A stretch of 64,000 nt of DNA from an uncultured Acidimicrobiaceae bacterium (lineage in GTDB: Bacteria > Actinomycetota > Acidimicrobiia > Acidimicrobiales > RAAP-2): positions 94,521 to 158,520 of the forward strand of contig CAWDJY010000017.1 in NCBI GenBank assembly GCA_963802735.1. Reading direction: 5' to 3'. Both the position numbers and the translations under genes were made by a program. Shown in pieces: positions 25,654 to 33,433 of this stretch. The number at the start of each line of letters is the position of its first letter. Within the stretch, counting starts at the first letter, position 1. The notes beneath the pieces were generated by a model. That model was not told the origin of the DNA and ran no database searches. It saw only the letters and a list, made by a program, of their open reading frames with translations.

Positions 25654-27261
25654 ATGCACGTCTACGTCGCCGAAGAGTTCACCGACGCCGAAATCGCCGT
25701 CCTGCGCCGCTATTTCACGAACCTCGAGGGACCGGTCTTCGCCCTGGTCAATCTGCCCGAGGTCGTGAAGGGCGCCCTCTTCGCGCGCTACTCGCGTTCC
25801 ACCAAGAGCCTGCGACGACTGTTCTTGGATGAGTTCGTCGGCGACCTCGACCTCTCAGGCGACGCCTCGATCGACGCGACGGTCGGACTGGACCGGGCCG
25901 ACGAGCTCTACCAGCGGATCTTCGTCGAGTACGGCGACGACTCGGTCGCCCAGCTCGGTGGTGTCCACCTGGCGTGCGAGCAAGCGAGCAACGTGCTCAC
26001 CAAGGTGCTCGAGTGGGGCCGGCTGATGAGTTACCTGGAGCAGTCCACTCGCTACCTCGGCTACGACCGACGGTTCTCGAACGGTCACTACCGCTTCTAT
26101 CGCGACCACGACCTGCTCGAATCGCGCTTCGGCGCGCGCTACGTCGGCGAGATGGATCGCATGTTCGACACCTACGCCGATCTGCTGCCGATCCTCACCG
26201 AGTGGCTGACGAAGAGGTTTCCCAAGACCCCTGAGGACACCGACTTCGTGTACCGACAGGCCATCCGCGCGAAGGCGCTTGACGCGACGCGCGGTCTGTT
26301 GCCAGCCAGTGCGCTCTCGAACCTCGGCATCTACGCCTCGGGGCAGGCCTACGAGTCGCTGTTGTTGCACATGCGCGCCCATCCGCTGTCCGAGGTTCGC
26401 CACTACGGGCAACTCATGATGGACGAACTCGTGAAGGTCATCCCGTCGTTCTTGAAGCGCGTCGACGTGCCCGAACGCGGCGTCGCGTGGTCGACGTACT
26501 TGTCCGAGACCAAGGGCGCGACGCGCGACCTCATCGCGTCGACGTGGGCGACGGTCGCCGAGGACGAGCCGACCGAGCAGGTTCGACTCATCTCCTTCGA
26601 CCCGGACGGCGAGTCGCGGGTACTCGAGTCCATCGTCTTCGCGAACTCGACGGTCGGACACGACGAAGCCGAGAGGCGTGTCGCCTCGATGTCGGCGTCG
26701 GAACGCTCGACGTTAATGGCGACCTACGTGGGGGAGCGCAAGAATCGTCGTCACCGTCCGGGCCGCGCCTTCGAGCGAACGGACTACCGCTTCGAACTCG
26801 TGACCGACTACGGCGCGTTCCGCGACTTGCAACGCCATCGTCTCCTCACGATCGAGTGGCAGCCACTCACCGCGGACCTCGGCTATGACGTGCCGGACGT
26901 CATCCAGGAGGCCGGCCTCGCCCGTCGCTACGAGGAGTCGTTGCGCCGCTCGGCGGACCTGTACTACGACCTGCGTCGAGAGTTCCCGGAGCAGGCGCAG
27001 TACGCCGTCGCGCTCGCGTTCCGTATTCGCTACGTCATGCAGATGAACGCCCGCGAGGCGATGCACCTCATCGAGCTGCGATCGAGTCCGCAGGGCCATC
27101 CCAGTTACCGTCGCGTGGCCCAGGAGATGGCCCGACTGGTGCGTGAGGTCGCCGGCCACGAGTTGATCGCCGACGCGATGAAATACGTCGATTTCTCCGA
27201 TACCGACCTCGAACGACTCGAAGCGGAACGCGCCGCCGAGCGAAACCGGCTCAATCGCTAG
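25654..27261 (+). CDS. ThyX-family (FAD-dependent thymidylate synthase-like) protein, double length
   Basis: ThyX RHR signature (LQRHRLLT) and ELRSSPQGHPSYR in the C-terminal half. At 535 aa it is about twice a canonical ThyX. Confidence 0.65.
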   Translation: MHVYVAEEFTDAEIAVLRRYFTNLEGPVFALVNLPEVVKGALFARYSRSTKSLRRLFLDEFVGDLDLSGDASIDATVGLDRADELYQRIFVEYGDDSVAQLGGVHLACEQASNVLTKVLEWGRLMSYLEQSTRYLGYDRRFSNGHYRFYRDHDLLESRFGARYVGEMDRMFDTYADLLPILTEWLTKRFPKTPEDTDFVYRQAIRAKALDATRGLLPASALSNLGIYASGQAYESLLLHMRAHPLSEVRHYGQLMMDELVKVIPSFLKRVDVPERGVAWSTYLSETKGATRDLIASTWATVAEDEPTEQVRLISFDPDGESRVLESIVFANSTVGHDEAERRVASMSASERSTLMATYVGERKNRRHRPGRAFERTDYRFELVTDYGAFRDLQRHRLLTIEWQPLTADLGYDVPDVIQEAGLARRYEESLRRSADLYYDLRREFPEQAQYAVALAFRIRYVMQMNAREAMHLIELRSSPQGHPSYRRVAQEMARLVREVAGHELIADAMKYVDFSDTDLERLEAERAAERNRLNR

Positions 27262-27351
27262 TTTTTCTCGTCCTTAGTCATTGTTTATGCCATTTGGCGT
27301 CACTCGGGGCCTAAAAGGCTCTACAATGCCAGCGCTATAGAAGAGGGATTT

Positions 27352-27813
27352 ATGTCTAGTGACGGCAATTCAGACGAAGTATTCGACGAAGAGGAGCTCG
27401 CCGACGGCTTCGACGAAGAGACCATTGGTGAGGAAGACCTCGAGGACGTCGAGGATGTAGACGTCGAGGACGTCGAGGACGTGGAAGTGGACGACGTGGT
27501 GGATGTCGACGACGTCGAAGAGATCGAAGACGAGGACGTCGTGCCCGAGGTCGTGGTCGTCGAAGACGACGACGTGGTGGACGACGCCGACATCGAATTG
27601 GCACTTGACGAGGTACTTGCCGAGACCATCCGGCGCACGTCCACGCCTGAGGACGACGAGGAGGTGCCGGGCGAAATCGACACGCTGGTCGATCCGGCGG
27701 AGACTATCTTGCCCAAGCAGGACGACGAATTCCGCTGCACGTCGTGCCGACTACTCAAGAAGACGAGTCAGCTCTCGGACCGAGCGAAGATGCTCTGTCG
27801 TGACTGTGTGTGA
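27352..27813 (+). CDS. DUF4193-like acidic protein with C-terminal zinc ribbon
   Basis: Long D/E/V-rich N-terminus, C-terminal CTSC...CRDC. Confidence 0.7.
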   Translation: MSSDGNSDEVFDEEELADGFDEETIGEEDLEDVEDVDVEDVEDVEVDDVVDVDDVEEIEDEDVVPEVVVVEDDDVVDDADIELALDEVLAETIRRTSTPEDDEEVPGEIDTLVDPAETILPKQDDEFRCTSCRLLKKTSQLSDRAKMLCRDCV

Positions 27814-27855
27814 GTTCAACGCCGTCGTCACTCGCGCGAACCCGTAGCGGCTGAC

Positions 27856-28266
27856 GTGCGCGTCACGCAATCCAGCACGGTCTCGGACGAACTCCGTGAT
27901 CTCTGGGAGCACGCGCGAAGGCGACTCGTGAGCCATCGCGGGGGCCCCGAACTCTACGACACGATCCGTCGTGGCGTCGACGAGGACGCACTGCTCGCGC
28001 ACCTGGTGGACGGCGGCGCACTGTGGGCCATTGACGACGACGCGGGACTCCTCGGGTTCGCGGTCGTCCGTGACGAGGTGGTCGAGGGCGTGTTCGTGGC
28101 CCCTCATCATCGTCGGCGACGCGTCGCGACGACACTGCTGCACACGTTGATGGTGGGGGAGTGTTCGCCCAAGGACGGCTTGGCCCTGCCGGGCGACCGA
28201 GGGATGAAATCCCTCTACGAATCCCTTGGCTGGAAGGCCCGACTACTTACGATGCGCGGCGAGTAG
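27856..28266 (+). CDS. GNAT-family N-acetyltransferase
   Basis: GFAVVRDEVVEGVFVAPHHRRRRVATTLL acetyl-CoA binding-like motif. Confidence 0.6.
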   Translation: MRVTQSSTVSDELRDLWEHARRRLVSHRGGPELYDTIRRGVDEDALLAHLVDGGALWAIDDDAGLLGFAVVRDEVVEGVFVAPHHRRRRVATTLLHTLMVGECSPKDGLALPGDRGMKSLYESLGWKARLLTMRGE

Positions 28267-29647
28267 GCGGGCGACGCGTCGTCGGACGGCGCGTGATCCG
28301 CGTCGGCGGCGGTGGCGGTGGCACCTTCATGCCGAGCAGCTTGGCGAACTCCGGGATCGCGCCGGCGTTGTGGATCGCGACCGCCTTGCACGACTCGTCA
28401 TCCGGGATGCCCTGCGGCTTCACGTTGCGACGGATCGAGGTGTCGACCGTCAACTCGACGATCTCCTTCCACTGCGTCGGGTCAGCGTCGGCGCTGAGGG
28501 CCTCGGACGTGATCGCCACAACCTTGGCCGCCATCTCCGCACTGACGCGCGTCGACATGTCCGGGGGGCGCGCCACGAGGGCGAGCGCGTCTTTGACGTT
28601 CTTCGACTCGACCGCGGATTCGAGCTTCGCGTTCCACTGCGTTCGCAGGTGCTCCAGTCGGGCGCTCAGCGAGACCTGAAGCTCCTTGAGTTGGACGCGC
28701 GCCTCGTCGTCGAGCGACACCGTCTTGGCCGACGTCACCACGGCGCGAAGGTCGCGTAGTCGCAACTCACGTCCGGCCCCGATGGCGCCCGCGGCGCGGT
28801 CCTTCCACAGGGCGAGGTTGGTCCTGCCCAGGAGCTCTTCGGCGATGCGGTCGATCGTGGCGGCGTCGATGGTCGGGCGTCCCTGTGCCGTGGCGTTCTT
28901 GTTCTGTTCGGCGACGGCGGCGCGCACCGACGGCATCCCGCCGCGTAATAGCTGTTCGGCGACGGGCAGCTGCTCCGGCGACAATGTGGCCAACAGAGAG
29001 TTCCGGTGCGTCGTCGTCATCGGCGGCTGCACCGGTCCCGACGGGCGCTCCGGTCGGGGTGGGCGTGCGCCACGAGTGGGTCGATCGGTGCGGGGTCCGC
29101 GCGCCGGACGCTCGCCGGGCGTCGCGCTCGCGTCGCGCTCGACGGGAGTGCGCGGTGGTCGCTTCGTGCGTTCCGGACGCGACGACGAGTCGCGAGTCTC
29201 GGAACCCTCGGACTTGGTTGATCCGCTCTCACGACGACCGGGACCCGCGTCACGACGTCCGGGACCGGACTCACGACGACCGGGGCCGCCCTCGCGCCGG
29301 CTCGGACCGCCCTCACGGCGAGTATCGGCGCCGTCACGGCGCGAACTGCCTCGACCCTTGGGCGCGTAGGTGACCACGACGTCAGGTCCCGTTTTGACGC
29401 TGGGAATGATTTCGAGTCGTTCGTGTCGAGGATCGAGCGGCGACGCGGTCTTGGGCGCCATCACGGAGAGGATCTCGATGCCCTCCATGTACTGCTCGAT
29501 GTCGGCTCGATAGACGTTGCCAACGATTGGCCCACCGGGAACGAGCGAGGAGTTGAGGACACCTTTGGGCAGTTTCGCGCCCGCCGCGCGCCACGTCGCC
29601 ACGTCGCCGTTCAGACTCGTGATTTCGATCTCAATGCGACGCGACAT
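28247..29647 (-). CDS. Hypothetical protein with Arg/Gly-rich tandem-repeat linker and Pro/Arg tail
   Basis: 466-aa ORF with normal codon bias. Folded-looking N- and C-terminal parts flank RREGGPSRREGGPGRRESGPGRRDAGPGRRESG. Confidence 0.7.
   Translation of the reverse strand: MSRRIEIEITSLNGDVATWRAAGAKLPKGVLNSSLVPGGPIVGNVYRADIEQYMEGIEILSVMAPKTASPLDPRHERLEIIPSVKTGPDVVVTYAPKGRGSSRRDGADTRREGGPSRREGGPGRRESGPGRRDAGPGRRESGSTKSEGSETRDSSSRPERTKRPPRTPVERDASATPGERPARGPRTDRPTRGARPPRPERPSGPVQPPMTTTHRNSLLATLSPEQLPVAEQLLRGGMPSVRAAVAEQNKNATAQGRPTIDAATIDRIAEELLGRTNLALWKDRAAGAIGAGRELRLRDLRAVVTSAKTVSLDDEARVQLKELQVSLSARLEHLRTQWNAKLESAVESKNVKDALALVARPPDMSTRVSAEMAAKVVAITSEALSADADPTQWKEIVELTVDTSIRRNVKPQGIPDDESCKAVAIHNAGAIPEFAKLLGMKVPPPPPPTRITRRPTTRRPPTRRAS
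29229..29339 (-). repeat. About 5 tandem 21-nt units encoding (R)RExGPG heptads
   Basis: + strand units tcacgacgaccgggacccgcg / tcacgacgtccgggaccggac / tcacgacgaccggggccgccc / tcgcgccggctcggaccgccc / tcacggcgagtatcggcgccg. Confidence 0.7.
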
Positions 29648-29734
29648 AGGGTCTCCAATCTAGCCGCTCATCAATAAACAAACATTTCGGACCGCATTTA
29701 GGTCATTTTTAGATTGAGTGCCTAGCATGTTCGC

Positions 29735-31045
29735 ATGAGTGATCACCCCGGTGACGACGCCCAACCGACGCCGAGTGAGGTGGTCGCGACCGGGCCATTC
29801 GAGACGAACGCTCCGCCGACTCTGACGCACGGAGCGTCGGCCGCCGACGACGCCGTCACAACGTCGCCCTCGTCGGGCGCTGCTCCCGTCGTCGACGTCG
29901 TGCCACTTTCATCACAACCGTCGGTGCGTCCGATGAAGCGTTCTCTCTGGTCAACGCGGGTGTCGCTGCTGTTGGTCGCCGCGTTGGTCGGTGGATTAGC
30001 CGGTCACTACGCGTCGACGACGAACTCGGGGCCCGGGGGAGTGACCATCGACGCGGTCACCAACAAGCCGGGCGCCGGCTATCTCCCCGGCGGTATGAGC
30101 ATTCCGAAACTGATCAACAAGGCGCTGCCGTCGATCGTCTCGATCGACGTGAAGGGCGAAGGTGAAGAGGACCAGGGGACCGGCATGGTCATCACCAAGA
30201 ACGGCCTCGTCATCACGAACAATCACGTCATCGCCGCGGCCGTCAACGGCGGAACCATCACTGTCACGCGCACGGGCTCCACGAAAGCGCTGCCCGCCAC
30301 GCTCATCGGGACCAATCCCATCGACGACGTGGCCCTCATTCGCATCAACAACATCTCAGGACTGACACCCGTCACCTTCGGCAACTCGAACGACCTGGTC
30401 GTCGGCGATGCCGTCGTCGCAATCGGCAACGCCCTGGGACTCGCGGCCGGCACGCCGACCGTGACCTCGGGCATCGTGTCGGCGCTGGGTCGCACGGTCA
30501 CCGCGGGATCGAATTCGTCGAGCGAAACGCTGGACAACATGATCCAGACCGACGCCGCGATCAATCCGGGGAACTCCGGTGGCCCCTTGCTCGACTCGAG
30601 CGGTGACGTCATCGGCATGAACACGGCCGTGGCCGGAACCCTGCCGGACGGGACCAGCGCGCAGAACATCGGATTCGCCATTCCCGACGCCACGATCGAG
30701 GCGCTCTTGAAGCAACTGGAGGCGGGCGAGAGTGTCGTCAACCACGGAGCGTTCATCGGCGTAGAGATCACGTCGATGACGCCGTCCCTCCAGGAGGAGT
30801 ACGGCTTCACGGTGTCGGCGGGGGCCGTCGTGATGAGCGTCATCTCGGGAACCGGCGCGGCGGCGGCCGGCGTGAAGCAGGGTGACATCATCGTGGGAAT
30901 CAACAAGTCGTCGATCGGTAGCGCTCAGGACGTGGGCAGCGTCATCTCGGCCTTGCGCCCGGGCGACGTCATCGCGTTGCACATCGTACGGGGTAAGCGC
31001 CACCTGACCATCAGCGTCACGCTGGGCACGCAACCCAAGAGTTAA
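29735..31045 (+). CDS. HtrA-like trypsin-family serine protease with PDZ domain
   Basis: TM anchor, TNNHV (His), GNSGGPL (Ser), C-terminal PDZ-like region. Confidence 0.85.
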   Translation: MSDHPGDDAQPTPSEVVATGPFETNAPPTLTHGASAADDAVTTSPSSGAAPVVDVVPLSSQPSVRPMKRSLWSTRVSLLLVAALVGGLAGHYASTTNSGPGGVTIDAVTNKPGAGYLPGGMSIPKLINKALPSIVSIDVKGEGEEDQGTGMVITKNGLVITNNHVIAAAVNGGTITVTRTGSTKALPATLIGTNPIDDVALIRINNISGLTPVTFGNSNDLVVGDAVVAIGNALGLAAGTPTVTSGIVSALGRTVTAGSNSSSETLDNMIQTDAAINPGNSGGPLLDSSGDVIGMNTAVAGTLPDGTSAQNIGFAIPDATIEALLKQLEAGESVVNHGAFIGVEITSMTPSLQEEYGFTVSAGAVVMSVISGTGAAAAGVKQGDIIVGINKSSIGSAQDVGSVISALRPGDVIALHIVRGKRHLTISVTLGTQPKS

Positions 31046-31809
31046 GCCAGCGTCGCGATCCCACCGTCGACCGGCAAGATGACGCCGGTGATGTAGCTCG
31101 CGGCCGGGGACGACAGAAATATCGCCGCACCGGCCATATCGTCGGGACGACCGATGCGCTTCATGGGCGCCGCCTTGGCAATCTCGTCGCCCATCGCCTC
31201 CAGGGTGGCGCGCATCATCTTCGAGGGAAACGGACCGGGCGCGATCGCGTTCACGGTGATCTTCGGGGCCAACGTCTTGGCGAGGTGCCGGGTGAGTTGG
31301 TGCACGGCGGCCTTGGACGCCGAATAGGCGAACGTGTCCATCGCCGGTACGTGGAGGCCGTCGATGGAGCCGATGTTGATCACCCGTGAAGGGCTCTCCG
31401 CCGTCCCGCGGGCGTCCAGAAGGGGACGCAGGAACTTCGTCACGTGGAAGACACCCTTCACGTTGAGACCGAGCACGCGCTCCCACGCCGCTTCGTCGTA
31501 GTCCTCCAACTTGGCTCCCCAGACCGCGCCCGCGTTGTTCACGAGGACGTCGAGGTGGTCTTCACGGGCCTTGATCTCGTTGGCGAGTCGTTGGCACTCG
31601 GCCTCGGAGGAGAGGTCAGCCGGCAGGGAAGTGCACGAGCCGTTCTTGGAGAGCTCCTCGGCGAGCGCCTCACACACGTCCGCCTTGCGCGAGGAGATAT
31701 AGACCTTGGCGCCGGCATCGATGAAGCCGCGAGCGATCATCTCGCCGATGCCGCGACTCCCGCCGGTTACCAGTACGACCTTGCCACTGACGTCAAAGAG
31801 AGAACTCAT
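31042..31809 (-). CDS. SDR-family oxidoreductase
   Basis: VTGGSRGIG cofactor motif and YSASKAAV catalytic motif. Start set at ATG 31809. Confidence 0.85.
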   Translation of the reverse strand: MSSLFDVSGKVVLVTGGSRGIGEMIARGFIDAGAKVYISSRKADVCEALAEELSKNGSCTSLPADLSSEAECQRLANEIKAREDHLDVLVNNAGAVWGAKLEDYDEAAWERVLGLNVKGVFHVTKFLRPLLDARGTAESPSRVINIGSIDGLHVPAMDTFAYSASKAAVHQLTRHLAKTLAPKITVNAIAPGPFPSKMMRATLEAMGDEIAKAAPMKRIGRPDDMAGAAIFLSSPAASYITGVILPVDGGIATLA

Positions 31810-31853
31810 TTGCGCAGTGTAAACCACGGACTGCGGACAGACGACGTGGGTCC

Positions 31854-32012
31854 TTACTCGTTGGTCGCCAAGGCGACCCGGGGCCGGGGGAGTTCCGGGT
31901 GCCGTGCATGCGCGATCACCAACGCCTCCTCGGCGTCGTGGGCCTCAACGATCACTTGCGACATGCCCTTGAAGGGGTCTCCCCAGAGGACGCGAAACTT
32001 GACCGGACCCAC
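31854..32012 (-). CDS. Small hypothetical protein (52 aa)
   Basis: GTG 10 nt after the stop of the upstream secreted-protein gene. No family recognised. Confidence 0.25.
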   Translation of the reverse strand: MGPVKFRVLWGDPFKGMSQVIVEAHDAEEALVIAHARHPELPRPRVALATNE

Positions 32013-32022
32013 TGGCCCTGAA

Positions 32023-32418
32023 CTAGTTGAGGACGCGAAGGTTCGTGACGGCGACGGCCACGACGTCGGTCTGTGGAGCGGTGACGTACTGCGCGTGGAT
32101 CGCCCACACGCCGTTGTCCGGGAAGTTGAAGGCGCACTCGACCTGACTCTGATCGATCCACTGGAAGTGGCACACGATGTTCGAGTCGTTCGTGCTCGCC
32201 GGCGCGACGGCGAACATGCGCACGAGTCCCGTCGTATCGCCGGGCAAGACGTCGACGATGACGTTGAACGACCCGTTTGACGCCGACGGCGGCGCACTGT
32301 TGTCGCTGTAGTCAAATGACAGCAGGACCTTGTCAGAAGAGCTGTCGGCCGCGGCTGGAATCACAATGATCCCAATGCTGGATGCCACTAAGAGGGCAGC
32401 ACAAAGTAGCCGACGCAT
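32023..32418 (-). CDS. Secreted hypothetical protein (131 aa)
   Basis: Signal peptide MRRLLCAALLVASSIGIIVIPAAA. AT-richer than the core. Confidence 0.55.
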   Translation of the reverse strand: MRRLLCAALLVASSIGIIVIPAAADSSSDKVLLSFDYSDNSAPPSASNGSFNVIVDVLPGDTTGLVRMFAVAPASTNDSNIVCHFQWIDQSQVECAFNFPDNGVWAIHAQYVTAPQTDVVAVAVTNLRVLN

Positions 32419-32573
32419 ACCGACCAGTATAACAGCGATTTCTCACTTTATCGCCGATAATGTACGTTATGTAAAGTTACGTTCTGAAGCTGGCGGAGTG
32501 AGAATATCGTCACGCTTGATGCGCTCGACGATGAACAAAGCGTAATCCCCCTCAAACTAAGTTCGACGTACCG

Positions 32574-33020
32574 ATGCGCGCCCACATCACCCTCTCCCCG
32601 AAACAGTTTGGTCTCGCGATGCTGTTCGTCGCGCTCGGCGGCGGCGCCGGCACGTTGGTTCGCGACCTGCTTTTGATGATCAATACGAGCAGCATCCCTC
32701 GAGGCACGGCGGTCTATTCGACCCCGGACTGGACGCATCAGATTCCCTGGGTGCTGCTCGCGATCAACACAGTCGGCGTGTTCGTTGCGACGGACCTCCT
32801 GCGGCACCGCTTGCGACACCATGATCCGAACGATCCAATGCGATTGCTGCTCGTCACAGGGTTCTTGGGCGGACTGACGTCCTATTCGGGCCTCTTCGTC
32901 GATCTAGCCGCACTCTGGCACCTGACCATAGGCGGGTGTCTTTTGGTGGCCGCAGGGGCCATCCTGAGCGGCCTTCTTGCGGGCATGCTCGGCTTGGGTC
33001 GCCATCGGCGACGAACATGA
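32574..33020 (+). CDS. crcB: Fluoride channel CrcB/FluC (subunit 1)
   Basis: 4-TM small protein with GFLGGLTSYS motif. Confidence 0.85.
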   Translation: MRAHITLSPKQFGLAMLFVALGGGAGTLVRDLLLMINTSSIPRGTAVYSTPDWTHQIPWVLLAINTVGVFVATDLLRHRLRHHDPNDPMRLLLVTGFLGGLTSYSGLFVDLAALWHLTIGGCLLVAAGAILSGLLAGMLGLGRHRRRT

Positions 33021-33376
33021 CGCTTTTACTGATTTCCATCGCCGGCGCAGTGGGCTGTGTTGTTAGGTACACGTTCGAGTACCTCGTTCGACGAAATCAT
33101 CCGACGAGTCGGCCGTGGGCCACGGCTGCGGCGAACGCACTGGGTACCGGCATTGCCGGGTTTGCCGCGTATCGCCTGGTGCCACTTGGCGACGCGAACA
33201 TTCGAGCGGTGGTGTTAACGGGATTTTGTGGGGGATTGACCACCTTCTCATCCGCACTCGCGGTTCCGGTGATCTTGCAGCGTGAACACCATTGGGGATA
33301 CGCAGCAGCTCTCATCACCACTACCCCACTCCTTTGTTCTGGGATGTTCCTCCTAGGAATGTCACTCGCTCACTGA
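33017..33376 (+). CDS. crcB: Fluoride channel CrcB/FluC (subunit 2)
   Basis: ATGA overlap with the first crcB. GFCGGLTTFS motif. Confidence 0.85.
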   Translation: MTLLLISIAGAVGCVVRYTFEYLVRRNHPTSRPWATAAANALGTGIAGFAAYRLVPLGDANIRAVVLTGFCGGLTTFSSALAVPVILQREHHWGYAAALITTTPLLCSGMFLLGMSLAH

Positions 33377-33433
33377 CGACACAATTCCGGTGAACGACTC
33401 CCCCACCCTTGTTCGGCCATAATCCGTGCGGGT

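Noticed and set aside
32480-32573. Possible fluoride (crcB-motif) riboswitch upstream of the crcB pair: GGCGGAGTGAGAATATCGTCACGCTTGATGCGCTCGACGATG loosely resembles GGCGAUG...GCUGAUG...
   Set aside because: The conserved GGNGAUGG start, the CCGCC segment and the internal hairpin of the motif cannot be placed without several wobble pairs and mismatches. This needs an Rfam RF01734 covariance-model scan and is not reported as a feature.
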